Positions 38,481 through 52,108 of a stretch of DNA of 64,000 bases are shown here, piece after piece (the stretch's first letter is position 1; every line of letters starts with the position of its first letter). Origin of the DNA: Camelus ferus (lineage: Eukaryota); assembly GCF_009834535.1 (NCBI RefSeq), contig NC_045696.1, positions 76,820,001 through 76,884,000 of the forward strand, in the 5' to 3' direction. Below the pieces are notes generated by a model that was given only the letters and a program-made list of their open reading frames with translations, had not been told where the DNA came from and made no database searches. The position numbers and the translations under genes are program-made.

Positions 38481-40914
38481 CTTTGTTGGTTATCTGAAAA
38501 TATTTGTAGTTTCCCAAACACCTACTCTCTCTTTTTTCTTATCTTTTCCTCTACTCTTTGCTAATTTATGCTTGTCTTTCAAGACTGGATTAGGAGCTAT
38601 GAGAAAATCTTTTATGCCTCTACCTCCCAGCCAGTGCAGATGCGCCTCCTGTGGGATCCAGTGAAGTCCAAATTAGGCCTCCACCAGAACACGCATCACC
38701 ATACGTTAGAATTACCTGTTACCTTTTCCTTCAGAGGACTGGGAACTCCCTAGTACCAAGCAGAGTGCATATATGGCCCATAGAAGGCAGTTGATCAGTT
38801 ACTTATTGAATGATTGAACTTAAGTCTAAATATCCAGCAGACTATCAGAGTGTGAGCAGTAAGGAGGCTTGTTTTTCCTTTTCCCTCTGAATTTGTAGCA
38901 GATAAAAATATAGGCCTCTGTGTTTGAATATTTGGTCTTAAGTGTCAGTTTATCTGATTGCTTCTTTGACTTAAAACTAGGCCTACAATTTTGGCAGCCT
39001 TTCTGAAAAGATTCCGTGCTTAATCAAAACCCGTTTGAACAATTCTCTGGATGGAGGGCATTTTAATTCTTATCCATTCCTTTCTACCTCCAGGAATCAA
39101 TGGAGCAGCAAGAGAGCAGCTTTTCCTGACTTCTCACTGCTCCTTGAGGTACAAACCAATTTTCTAGCTTCAACCTATCCTAGCAAATAATTGTTTGGTT
39201 CCGAAATAAAACTCTTTATTGCAGCAATAGTGGTAGGATACCAGTAGGACAATAAAAAACGAAGTCTTAATGCGTCTGATGTGAGTGTGTCATGCTGGCA
39301 GGATTCCTGGAGGTGGTGAATGGAGCCCAGGCAGAACTGCCTGAAGGTCCAAGCGCAGTCATAAATGATTTCCACAAATAGTGCGACAGAGACCTCTCTG
39401 TCTTGTGTGCTAAGCTGAATAAAGGGGAAGAGGCCGCGGTTCCTGGAGTGAAATGGACTTCTTTTTATGTTGTGAACAAAGAGGAGCCCACTGGCAGTTC
39501 ACATCATGGCATTTGCTTCGGGTTTTAACAACATGTAGCTCTGCCTGGTTGGGAAAATTGAAATTCTATATGGCAACAGCCTGTGGCACACATCAGGCAA
39601 GTTACCCTAGCTTGTTAATGGTGTGGTTAAGAAAAAAGAAAATCTGCCCCCTACCACTTAGACAAAAACAATATATGGGCCAAAGGGCAGTGTCGCAAAA
39701 GGAATAAATGGATTGGGAACTGGGAGATGGAGAAAAAATAGAGTATGGGCTTTAGAGACAGACCTGGACAGTGACATTCTGTGCTGTGGTTCTCTTACTT
39801 TACAATGGGGACAATACAACTCTTTTCCCTGGGGTCCTGAGGATTAAGCCAGAAAGTGTGCCCAACAGAGAATAAAGTTCTGGTAAAGATGGCATATTTC
39901 TTAATACCTATTAAAGTTTAAATAGGATACTTGCTGGAATACTGAGTGAAGGTGTCAAAAACATAGGCTTAAGACAGGTTCCTTTGTTTCAGCAGAAGTA
40001 AGCCGTGCTACCCAAGCACCCCTCCATCAAGTGTCCTGTGAAAGACACGGTGGGTTGAGATGGATATTTCATTACCTGTACTTTTCAAGTAGCAAAACAA
40101 ATTTGAAAAGTACAATTATGGCAGCCTGAATCCTTTCTACCCTGCCTGTCCCCACCCCAGACTTCGTGTGTTTGCACACGCTGCATCTCTATCCAGCAAT
40201 ATTTTACTGAAACAGAGTGGAGAATGATGGTTTGAACGTTTGGAGAACCTATCAACCTAAAAGTGTTAGGAAATCAGCGACTTTCTCTGTTATTTGTGTT
40301 TTTGCCCCCTTTCTCTAGGTTTTAGAAAGAAATGGAATACAACAGAATGTGACAGTCACAAAGAATACTTAAGCATTTGCTAGGTGGTTTTGAGGAGAGC
40401 TGCAATTTTCAGTTCACTTTTAGATTTTAAGTCAAATTGACTTCATTAGTTTGATAGAAATTACTAGTTAATTTAATCAGGGGAAAAAATCTAGCCAGAT
40501 TAGTTGAGTAGATAAGTCCAAACTTCGTGTTAAGGAGTGAGATCAATAGGGTGTCTCTGAAAACAACCTGGGGACCAGGTGTCCATGAAACTTCCTGGGC
40601 CTTGTAGAAATGATTCAGATATGGCTGGGAGATCCAGGCAGCAGGTGATATTAAAGTTCTGTACAAAGCATTAGAATCTGGAAATGGCAAAGTACAGCAT
40701 GGGGAGGGAAAGAGATAGGAAGAAAGGGCATGGAGATATTAGGATCCAAATTTCACTGTTAGGACCGAAAAAGACGGCAGGACTGACAGGAGGTGGAACC
40801 CTGCCTGCAGCGCAGAGTGATGAGGAAAGCCTGTCTAGGAATGGAGGCAGGAACTTAGGGATGTCCTAAGGAAGAATTTTTGAAAAGAAATAAAGGAAGG
40901 GGGGCTCATAGTAG

Positions 40915-41140
40915 TGAGAGGACATCAGTATTTAAGAGACAAACATCTCACTCCAAATGTAGTCTCTCCTACTTAGTCGCTCATAATTTATTTATCATAT
41001 CTAAGGCTTTTTTCCTTATTTATAAGATGGCAAATATTAACATCCACTTTGCAAGACTTGTAAAGATAAAATGTTTAAAAATGCAAAAACTTTTATTACA
41101 TAAATGGCACATAACAGGGTTTAAAATGGTAGCCATTATA
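40915..41140 (+). mobile_element. MIR SINE
   Basis: 'tttttccttatttataagatgg...ttgtaaagataaaatg...tggcacataacagg...aaatggtagccatta'. Confidence 0.6.
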
Positions 41141-42559
41141 ACTGTATTGAAAAGTAATGTTAAATCCTGGAGTAAAGATGGTGGGCACCTTGTATGTAAT
41201 TCTCACATGAATTTGAGGTAACTATTCAGAGAAGCTCCTTTGAACCGACAGGGTTAAAGTTTCATAGTGTCTCCTCTGAAAGCAGGCTTTACTGAGGCAG
41301 GGTGAACGCTCCTCTGAAGCAGCCCTCTATTCTCCGACATGAAAGGAGCATTGAATTCAGATAATGCAGTCGGACATGTCTGTTTTTGATTGTTGATAAA
41401 TATTTCATTTTACATTTTAAATTCATATGGGTCACAAAATCACTGAAGATGAAAAAGAATTCGATACGAGGCCATTCCTTTGCAGGATTGTTTCTTAGAA
41501 CATACTTGTTCCCGTTTTGTTCAACTGAGATTGAGGCACCTTGGCAGCTGGCCACTGACAGCTACTTCACAGCTGTAGAGAGCACGCTCTGAGGACGAGT
41601 TTCTTTCCCCCTGTCCGTGAGTCGAAAATATCCCCCTTCCAAGATGAACTCAAGGGCAATCATGACTTACCTAGCTATAGGCTTAGCTTCTTATCTCAAA
41701 AATACTGTCTTTGTTAAAGAAGTCTGGTCACCCATGCTACCTGTCTACATGTCTTGCACTATAATGGAACAATCTGTTTTGCTATTTTTGTACATTTTAT
41801 GGCAAAGAGCTGAAATCTTGCAGCTAATTACAGGGCAGGCTTTTAATATGTACGTGACAATGACATTTGATTTGAAAATTCGAAAATTCTGAGATCTGAG
41901 AGCACAAATGTTTACAAGATTGCATTACTGTCTCTGCTGCAGTCAGCATCTGGAGAATGGAGCCCTCCTCTCTCTACATTTCAATTACATTTTTAGCAGT
42001 AGGCCATCTTCACAATAATTGGTACACTCACTTTATCTAATGGGGTATTTTTCATCTAATTGACTGGAAACTTATACAAATGTCAAAGACAAATTCCCCT
42101 GTAATAACCTATTATCTCTGCATTTCTGGCTCAGTGGACCCACAAGAAATGGCATGATAATCATCTTTGGGAGAGTGAAGGACAGCAACTTAATTTCCTT
42201 ACCTCTGATGAGAATGACAGTTACTTCTTAAAAAGAAGAGACTTCTAATACATTCACCTAATTTTGTCACATTTCTCATTCACAAGATTTGACTTCCATT
42301 TACTCTAAACATAGGAGTGAATGTTCTTGTTGCGAGAGAGCATCACAGAGGCAGTAGGGTAGGTAAAAACAAGCAAGAGGACCATGAGCATGGGTCTTGT
42401 CCTGCTTTTGGATTGGATGATTTGGGGCAAATCACCTCATCCCCCTGGTTCTTATATAGCAAATGAGAAGGTTGGCCGAGAGTAGTTGTTTCGTAGACCG
42501 TGGTCATTTCTGTACCTCCTTCAAGACCTTTATACATTTACATGCCAGCTGTCCGCTTT

Positions 42560-42862
42560 TGTACCTACCGTATTTCATTATCTCAACTAACTTGTTAAAA
42601 AAAACCCATATATATGTATATGTGTATAAATATGTTTGAAAAAGAAATTAAAAATAAGTGACAAACACAAAATTACTACCACCAGCAATAAGTGTAAACC
42701 TAAAAATGAATAAATGCCAATTTAAAAAAAGTGCGCCTGTGGACCACCAGCGAAAATCGTACGAGGAACAATGTTCCCATGACTATGCAGTTTTCATCAT
42801 TTATGCAGTTTACAATATATACCACTAACAGAAGAATGCATATCACACTTCGGGAAACACGG
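42560..42862. mobile_element. Probable hAT-Charlie (MER5-type terminus) DNA transposon relic
   Basis: Charlie-like right end 'cacacttcgggaaacacgg' and 'cctgtggaccacc'; AT-rich body. Confidence 0.4.
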
Positions 42863-43447
42863 AGCTAGATGATTTGGGGGGTCTTTTCCTGCTTTATTAA
42901 GAGAACATGTTTCTCTTGTACAATTCAGAAGAGCCACCCTGCCTCAGATATCCTTCTAAATCACTTTTTATTAAAAATGGGGTTTTCCTAGTCAAAGGGT
43001 GAGATTTGACAGACTATCTTGTTCTCCAGAGGAATCAGTGAAAACATGGAGGCTCATGGGAATGTCAGAATGAGATTAAATAGAAAAATCCTATTTTTTT
43101 CCCCTTAGGGTATATTAAATTTGTGAAAATTAGTGTATTCTAATTAAGACAAAAATGTAAAGTATTAATTAGGATATTCTTATAAAACAGGCACTGTCTT
43201 TGTCCACCTCATTTCTATGCACCAAATCATATAGCTGTGCCTATATATAGAACATACTTTTGCACATGGTCTAAAAAAAGATTTAGATGCCTACATTTTT
43301 CTAATCTAAGAAAAGATGAGAACCTGGAATAGGGCCATGATTATGTCTTCGTTAAGCCAAATGTTTTTAGTCTTACCTCAGAAATATCTCTTCTAGGAAA
43401 CAATCAGAGATGAACTATAACAAGCAAAGACTTATAAAAATGTCTAA

Positions 43448-43513
43448 GGAGAAGAATGCTTAAATACCCAACTGGGAGAATAATACTGGGAGAAGAATGC
43501 TTAAATACCCAAC
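43448..43513. repeat. Perfect 25-bp direct repeat with 16-bp spacer inside an old L1ME 3' fragment (~43350-43680, +)
   Basis: GGAGAAGAATGCTTAAATACCCAAC at 43448-43472 and 43489-43513. Confidence 0.9.
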
Positions 43514-44115
43514 ATCCAAATTATATTTAGACAAATCTTAATACATCAATTTGATGGAATGTATAGTCATTAAAATAGTATTTATGAAGTAATATTAATA
43601 AAGTGGGGCTAGGCATATGAAATGGTGTAATATTAGACAAAATGCCATGATTAAAATTATATAACATCTTAATATGGTCCCCAAATTCACTCGTGCTCTT
43701 GTCTCTGCCTAACTTTCTTGTCACAGAAGACAGGATACCTCACGAAGCCCATGGTACTTTAGCTGTACTGAAATGCTGGTTATTCTCTAAACATAGCGTT
43801 CTCGCACAAGTCCATGCCATTGAACATGTAAGGTTATCTTTTTAAAATTTTAACAAAAATGCCTTTTTCTTAAAAAAAATGGCTTAGATGGATGTTGAGT
43901 TATAAGAAGTAAAGAGAGTTGATAGGGAAAGGAAAACCAAATTTCTCACTGGAGATGGGAAGGTAGGGCCTCTTGTTTGAAAATTGCTGAATGGCTGGTA
44001 GAATTCCTTCATGATTTCTCCCCCTTGTCAATTTAGTTGTAAATAGAATCACAGGATAGCTAGTTCTTTGATTAGGTCCCTAGCTTCTGGCTGTTACTCT
44101 AATATTGTTTATAAA

Positions 44116-44120
<5 letters not shown>

Positions 44121-44184
<64 letters not shown>
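44121..44184. repeat. (GA)32 microsatellite
   Basis: Uninterrupted 64-bp GA run. Confidence 0.98.
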
Positions 44185-44186
<2 letters not shown>

Positions 44187-45099
44187 AGTAAAATCTAGAG
44201 ATCTCCACTATTGGAAGTAAAGAAACTTAGTATGAAGAAAAGAACAGAAAGACTGTCTTCAGGGCCAGTTGAGGAATTTCCCCTTTCCTTCTCCTCTGCC
44301 TTCATCTACAATCCATGGCCCCTTCCTATTCCAACCCTTTGAATCTAGAAATTATTTGATATTTACTGTGTTAAAAAAACAGATTTTTCCCCACTATAAT
44401 CAGTTGATTTTCAGACAGTATCTTGAGGATACATTCCTTCAGGCCTTATAAACAAAACAATGAATGTGAAAAGAATTCTGGTAGGAATTTGCTGCTGTCC
44501 ATTCATGCTTGAAATAGAATGGACCTCTTTGTTACATTACAGAGTATAGATGAAATATCACACACCCTAGATTCAGATCTGATCTGAATCCTTCATGAGG
44601 TTGCTCTGAGGAAAGAATTACATAAAATGTGTAGGACCCTGAAAACTGTGATGCAGTACATAAATGTTGGACAGTTTCATAAGTCCAGAGCCAAGGTGGA
44701 GGCAGACAGCTTCCCAGATCTCCTACATGGCTGTCACCTGGCATGTGATTTACACTTATTAGAAAAGAGAGATCAACAGTAAGATTAAAGCAAACTTTGG
44801 TCTGCTCGTTTTGGAAATAAGATTGTCTTCCAGAATTATTGATAGAAAAACATTTGAGACACCTTTTGGGTTGGGAAATTCAACCCAATTTTCACTGTCC
44901 AGAGTGGAGGTAGAGTTTTGTCCAATTCTAAATTTGGGTTGAAGAATCATAGGCAGAACTCATGTTACCAAGAAATAAAATATGTGGTCGCACATTCACC
45001 ATGGTTTCTGTGTCACTAGGAAGGTTGTCTGGTTCAAAAATAATCTCTCTTCTTTGCTCCTGGAGTATAGTAGTTCTCAAATGGAGGACAAAGCCTTTC

Positions 45100-45330
45100 G
45101 TTCTACAATTAAGCCCAGATGAATAACTTCATCTTCTCTGTACTTGCAGAGAATGTTCCTTTTTACTATTGTGCTGTCATTTGTGTCATTACTTATCCTC
45201 GCCCTTTGTAGATTTTTAACTCCTCAAGATCAGAAGATGATAGTTTTCATCTTTTGTTTCTAATGTAATAATGCTTGTTATACTCGATGCTTAATAAGTA
45301 TTTGTTGAAAAGATGAATAAATGAATGATT
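45100..45330 (+). mobile_element. L2 3' end
   Basis: 'tagatttttaactcctcaagatcagaag...gatgcttaataagtatttgttgaaaagatgaataaatgaatga'. Confidence 0.65.
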
Positions 45331-45989
45331 AAAATGCAATTAGCCCCCGTAGATAGGACAATTGACTTGTACTTATTCAGATTATGACACATTATTGACA
45401 TCAGGTTTGAGCTGAGAAAGATTTTTGAGTGGGAACTGATCAGTGGAGAGCCGTACGGCAATGAGATTCTAAAGGAGGAAGAAAGGATGTGTTACAGACA
45501 AAGTAAAGAACAAAGGAACAAAGAAAGGAAAGAGGGGAAGTTTACCTATTCACAGCTTTATCTACTGAAGTTCCTGGCAAAAGACCTTTTGAAAACATGC
45601 TGTGAAATTTACTGAGTAATGACAGAGAGATAAACTTACTAATAATGTACTTATGAGAGAAGAAAAGGAATTGAAAGGCTTTCTCCATGTGTAAAAAGTA
45701 CATTCGGAATTGAAACAATTGGGAAAGGACTTGAGTATGTTCAATTTGGCAACTTATAGCACTTATTAGTGAAACCACATACTTCGACACATAAATACAT
45801 ACTTATATTGTCCACTTAGTGTTTCATGCATGTCATTTTGTTTATCTCACGATATTTAAAGTTCCTTGGAGATTGGACTCCCCACAAGACTGCACTGTAA
45901 ATTCATGCTTTGAAGCTTCTCTATGCTCCAAATGCATAGCAGTAATACATAAAATCTAAAAAGAAAAAATTAAAAACTAATATAATTAC

Positions 45990-46380
45990 ATCTGTCAGGA
46001 TGGTTCAGGTCAGGCTGCAGTAGAAACCAACACCAAGATCTCAGTGGCTTAAAACAGAAAGGTTTCTTTCTTGCTTGTGCTACATTTCCATTGTGAGTTG
46101 ACTCAGGGTTTTGCCCAGTGATATCCTCACCTTGACCTGCAGGTAGATGGCAGGACCACCACCTGGGACTCTGCTAGTTGCTATGTTAGAGTGAATGAGG
46201 GCATGATAAGTTATACACTAGCTTCTTACGGTATCCATCTAGAGGGGACACATGCCACATCCATCCATGTTTCATTCACCAAACCAAATCATAAGGCTAT
46301 GTCCAAGGTAGGGAAATAAAATCCTCTTAAGTGCCTGGAAGAAAAAGAAATATCTGATAAGAACAACTAGTTGTTAGAAC
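45990..46380 (-). mobile_element. MaLR LTR (MLT1J-like)
   Basis: 'gtcaggatgg...ggctgcagtag...atctcagtggcttaaaacagaaaggtttctttcttgct...catgtttcattcaccaaaccaaatcataaggc'. Confidence 0.75.
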
Positions 46381-46439
46381 AGCCACGTTGCAATCAATGC
46401 CATCTTGGCCCTAAAAAAGAACAGAAATATGGAATGGTA

Positions 46440-47420
46440 AGCAGACTAGTCTCAGGAAAAATACCCCATATTCAAGATGAGTCTCCAAACCAAAAGTTTA
46501 AATGACTCAAAGAAAACAAATTCCAAGATAGCCAGGAAAATCAACAATGAGTTGATGAGTTCACTCCACTCATTAAAAAAAAAATGGAATTGTTGGAAAA
46601 AAATCGTAAGTTTATTTAGGAGCTTGAAAGAGATCAAAGAGAAATAATGTGTTTTATGAGAAAATTTTCTGAGATACAATGGAACACATTAGGGCATAAA
46701 TGAAAGAAGACCATGTAGATATGGAAAAGAATCACTTTGAAATTTTGGAAATGAAAAAAATTATGGAAACAAAAATAGCATTTAGTATAAACTCAAGATC
46801 AGATATAGTTGAAAACATACCAGCTAATTAAAAGTTGGTACTGAGGAATGCTCCCAGAACATAATAGCACAGTGATGTAGATCAAAAAAAAACCAAAACA
46901 TAAGAGAGCAGTTAAGGGTATTGGAACCGTGATTGAGAGGCTTCAATACATGCTTAATAGCCTTTATAGAATAAGATTAGAGGGTGTGGCAGAAAAAAGC
47001 TGTAACAAGAGCTGAGAATTTACAAGGATTATTAAAAAGCCTACATTCTCGGTAAAAGTGCATCTCAAGAACTCAGCAGAATGAATAAAAATAAAGCCGG
47101 ATCTGGGTGCATCATAATGACATGGCAAGAGATATAGATAAATTGAAAATCTTAAGAGCTGCTAGTGGGGAAAAAAAGATTACCTCAAAAACTGGAAATT
47201 AGACTAGTAAATTACAACAACAGTAGATGGCAGAGGCCCCTGAAGTAATACCTTCACATGTTGAAGGGAAACAGATGTGTCATTCTGGGCCTTAATACCT
47301 AGCTACACTAGCATTCAACAGAGAGGGAGAAATAGAGATAAAGCAGACCCATAGAGACTAAGAAGTACATTTGCTACCCATGGACCATTATTGAAAGAGG
47401 CTAACTTTTTTTTTTTTTAA
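46440..47420 (+). mobile_element. HAL1 / ancient L1 ORF1 relic
   Basis: An A-rich decayed coiled-coil region is followed by ORF1-like motifs: 'gctgagaattt' (AENF), 'aaaatcttaagagctgctag' (KILRAA), 'tacctagctacactagcattc' (YPAKLSF-like). Confidence 0.7.
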
Positions 47421-48129
47421 AGGAAGGGGTCAGAGTCCACAAACATGGCAAGGTCTTGGTCAGGAAGTTGACACTATTTTAAAATTTAAAGAAAATAACA
47501 ACAACAACAGCAGGAACAACAACAAAAAACCCCCAGAAATACAACTTAGAGCTTCTATGTCATTAGAGGGAAAAGTAAAGAATACAGAAGGACTTTATGT
47601 ACCTTAAATTATTTTGAATTGAATATGGATTCTGTTGTGATAAATGGAAAAAAAAAGGATTGCCTGGAGTTGGAAAATGGGACTAACTTTTGTAGTCTAT
47701 CAGGACTGTCTTGTTATTTAAATCCCAAGATAAAGGCAGAAAAGCCTTGATTTTGTGAAACCCTTAACTCACCCAAATGATTTTTTTCCCTTAACCATAG
47801 GGAAAAGAAGGAAACTGTAAGAAAATAATCAGTATGTATTTAGAGTGGTTTGATCCAAGTCAGTGTAGATTTCATTCAGTCACCAACTTTTATGTATTCA
47901 TCTTGACCTCATCCTGCTATTAACGATCACTCAACTGCAAAATGCCAACTTTTAGGCAGATCAACCATCAAAGCAAAGTTCAGTCATTGCTAATGTCTTT
48001 AATGTATAAGAATAGAAATTGGATTTGTATTTTGAGAAATGTTTTTAGAAACAGGATTTAAGAAATTCTAACACAATAGGAAAAATTCTGATGATTAGAT
48101 TAAATAGAAACTTCTATTTACTGTAGGTA

Positions 48130-48295
48130 AAGCTGAGCTCTGATGTCAAGTCCTTCCTCTGTGGCTAGGCAGCTCTGTGGTTACATCTAACTTATTTAAC
48201 CCATCTGAGCCTCAATTTTCTTATGCCTAACTTGAGGGATTCAGTTAGGTGAACTCGAAGGTCCCAAATGCTTTTTAAAAGGTCTGATTCTAGAA
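48130..48295 (+). mobile_element. MIR/MIR3 SINE
   Basis: 'ttatttaacccatctgagcctcaattttcttatg...gaactcgaaggtccc'. Confidence 0.6.
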
Positions 48296-48425
48296 TACTG
48301 CATATCCTGGGCTTTCTGGTTAATTGAATTTTCAGCCTCCCTCGAAAATCTCTTTTCTGGCTGGTGTTGAGTCTCCTAGACCCTGCTCTGTCAGAGCTGT
48401 GGGGCCGTGCAACACAGTCTCATGC

Positions 48426-48445
48426 CACGTGCCCTCTACCACGTG
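48426..48445. promoter_or_regulatory. Tandem CACGTG E-boxes, 8-bp spacer
   Basis: CCACGTGC occurs twice: CACGTG at 48426-48431 and 48440-48445. Confidence 0.3.
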
Positions 48446-50804
48446 CTTTCCCATCCTGAAAGGTGAGGTGCCATGGGATGGTGAGCTCCGAGGGGGAGAA
48501 ATAGAACAGCAGAGTGAGTCCACACAGTGAAGTACACAGGAAAGACATAGCAGCCAATTCACAATTGGCATATTTATACAAATATTGGACAGAAAGTTTC
48601 TAAGTTTGAAAAAGCAGGTTCCATGGTACCTTTGTCCAAGGGAAAATGTGAGTGATGAGAGGCGTTGTTCAAGCAGACGGGCCAGAGCTGTGATAATGGC
48701 TTTGGCACGAGACCGTTTTTTCATCTGGGATATTTATCATGAAGCAATATTCAGGATCTTGATTGGAGGCTCATGCTGTGAAATACAATGAATGTAATAT
48801 CTAGAAAACAAGGGAGAACAGATGTAGCTGGGTTGTATAATCCAGCGTGACACTCATTATCCTTATGAAAGGAATAACTATCCAGCTTGAAAGACGGAAA
48901 ATAGATGCAGCCAAGATGGTCCGAATTCTGCCTGGTGTTAAAAGATGCCTGTAATTTCTATACCTGGGAATAGTCATTATGAAGCAGGATGTCATTATGC
49001 CAGTCCTTTTAACACACAAGCATCCCTGATAATGGGCTGTGCAGCCTGACTTTCTCCTCTGTGGAGATGTTTAATTTTGCTCAAATAATATTTCACCGGC
49101 AGCCAGCAAAGAAAAATAGGAACAGAATGAGGTGGCCAGGAAATAGTTTTTCATAGGTGTAGACTCTTGTTTTCTTTATCTTACTTCAGAGATGATGAAA
49201 GTATAATATACACACGCTTACGAGGGGGAAAGAACGGAGGGCCTTTGCAGCAGAGTGTGTCATTAATTTCAATGTATTTACACTACTTGGAAACACACCT
49301 TTTTTCCTTCTTTCTTTTTTTTTTTATGGGGGGGATGTTGGTAGACTAGGGCAATTGAAATAAACAGCTGAAATAACGTTGACGTGATGGTTCTATTTCT
49401 AAGCTCTTATCTTCCTTGCTATTTGAGTTTGTGAAACCTTTTGTGGTATCTTAATATAAAATAATATTTTTTTCTCTCTGCAAAATGCTTTTATTATGAA
49501 AACTTATGAGTGTATGGGGCTTCCTATCTTGGCTATTATCACACGAGTCGGATTCCTGAAAGAGGTTACAGTGACTGACTGAACAGATAGGAGCCCCCAA
49601 AACCACGTATTTGCTTCACTCCCCACCCCAAACAGAAGAATTTTTAATGCTTTATTCTCTGGAATAAACCTGGAATCTTGTGCAGACACTCAATATCAAA
49701 TGTCATTTGTTTTACTGACCTAATGAAGGAGAGACACAGTATTCGAAGTGTTCTTCTAATTTTTTTCTCCAATGTATATTTTACCTTGTTTACAGTAATG
49801 CCATTATTTTCAATGTACATTATTTGAATCTCTTGTCAAAAATACATTTGACCTCATTTACTGTTACTCTTCCCGTTTTCACACTAGCTACTCAAATCAC
49901 TTCTCAAATGAATATTTTAGCTTTTCGAAATCTATTTACTTTTGCGTGTTAAGAGGCTCCCTCCCCTGTGGATCTAAAAATAATTCCTGGAAAGCTGTGG
50001 AATGGAGAGAAATTGTGGGAGGCGCTAATGTGTAAAATAAAACACACATAGGGCCATGTTAAGGTTTGGGCTGAGACATTTGCCAGCAGTCTGGTAGCTG
50101 CTGCCCTCGTTTCTTCCTGTGCGCCAGCTTTTATTTAAATGGAAGAGCCACATTTGGAAATATTCCAGGCCTGTGGTCCTATTTCCAAAGTACGTCAGAC
50201 CTCAGCGCTTTAGTCCTGAACGGGGCTTCCATCTTAATCTCTGGTCTACTTTTCCATGCGATGCTGGGCTAGCCAGGCACCTCAGAATCATTTCACTCTT
50301 TCCCCTTAAACTTTGGAGCTTGAGTCCTATTGTGGATTGAAAACAAGTGGCCCATGGACTAACTCAGGGTGTTTTCCAGGTTAAAAAAATAGATAATACC
50401 TTTAGGTGGGCATGTTTCACTTCTTCAGTCCTCTCATTTCCTTTTGTGTTTTACTGGGCTTCCATTCAGATTCCTGGCCTGGCACCTGCAGGATGTGAAT
50501 TTATGATTCTCTTCTAGGAATAGCCCAAGGCAGCCATCTCTCTGCATTCTAAGCCCTGGGCTCTCTAGCCCAAAGATCCTTTCCTCTTTGGGGAAACTTT
50601 CTCTGCCTGTCTCTCTTCCTCTGGGGCTGGTTTGCTCTATGGCTCTCTGATAATAATCAAGATTATCCAAACACAGGGTATGCTCCCCCCAAATACCCCT
50701 CCCCCACTTGGTTGTCTCGGCTAAGATGCATCAGGGAGGCAGAGCAAATAACTTCTAATTAGTCACTTATCCATTACCAAACAATAAGTGTAAAATCCTA
50801 TGAA

Positions 50805-51020
50805 TTTTAAACTTTTTTTGGAACTACTTTTAGACTTACAGAAAAGCTGTAAAACAAAACCTTCTCATATATCCTTCCCTGAGCTTTCCCTAATGTTAAT
50901 ACTTTATATAGTCACAGTACCATGATCACAAGCAGGAACTTACCATTGATACAGTAGTAGGAACTGCTCTACAGATCTTTTTAGATCTCATCAGTTTTTC
51001 CCCTAGTGCTCACTTTTAAT
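50805..51020 (-). mobile_element. L1MC-type 3' end
   Basis: 'tttagacttacagaaaagctgtaaa...tccctaatgttaatacttt...accattgatacagta'. Confidence 0.75.
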
Positions 51021-51383
51021 CTCCCTACTTGGAGGTTCCATCTTCTGGTCCTGGTTCTCTCTAGATAGGGGATGAGTTGAGGAAACAGGGACTAGTTGAC
51101 CAATCCAACCTGTCTGGGACCTTAAATAATCAGATCCACAACTGTTGCACCAAGTGGCCATCTGTCTAGACACTTGTCAATTTTCCTGGTCTCCGTGATG
51201 ACTTATTAACACGACTTCCTACTCGTCCCTACCTCGTCCCTGTCTTCCCAAGTCCTGATTTGTGACTCACTTTTCTGCCGACAGCTCCAACTAACATTTT
51301 TGCTTGCTTTTGACCCTCCTGAACTCTTACTCCACCCTGATTTATTATGAATGAAACGTCTAATCATCTGCTGGCCTTTTCAG

Positions 51384-51932
51384 TGAGAAGGGGACCACCT
51401 GTGTCTACATAACTGAACTCTCAGGACTAATAAGCAAGGCCACCTGTATCAGCAAGACTTAACTTGTTTGTGGCAGGAAGTTCTTATTCAGAAAGATAAG
51501 ACTGTAAGCCAATAAATAACCTCGTTGTTTACTTCAGGAAATTTCGAAGACTAATTTTTTCGGGCAAATAATTTGCTCATCTGGGTAAACAGCTCTCCTT
51601 TCTCGGTAACACGCTGCACAGCGGAGCCAGCAGCTTGTTTCCCCAGCTCCCATTTACTTATCAAGACTCCCTTCTGGGCACTTGCTTCACTGTGTCCATC
51701 AATTGGAAACTATTATCTCACGCATTTTGCCTACTCCCTTTCTGTTTTGTGCCTTGAAAACCCTTCTTAACTCGTTTGAGCCCAGAACCCAGGATCTATA
51801 AAGATCTATTCCATACCACTGTTTTCAGAGATACTCTCAGACTCACTCTGTCCAGATGTTACTACAGTAGGTCTGATACACTTAGTGTTCTTTGATCGAC
51901 AGGTTTTATGGTGGTCCTTTGAGGATTCAATA
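51384..51932 (+). mobile_element. Old ERV1 LTR (MER90/MER92-like)
   Basis: Begins 'tgagaaggggaccacctg'. TATAAA at ~51797. The end 'cttagtgttctttgatcgacaggttttatggtggtcctttgagg' recalls MER90-group 3' ends. Confidence 0.6.
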
Positions 51933-52108
51933 GGTAATACTTGGCAAGTACCATGTATGATCCAGTCTAACTGTATTGATATTACACATTAGGTTATGTC
52001 TTAGGTAGTTGTATTTGACTGAAAATAGGGAAATTATGTCTCTCTGTGGGTGTGGGATGTTTAGAAGGGGTTAGAATTGTTTTTCTTCAAACAATCTTTA
52101 TATAGGCT

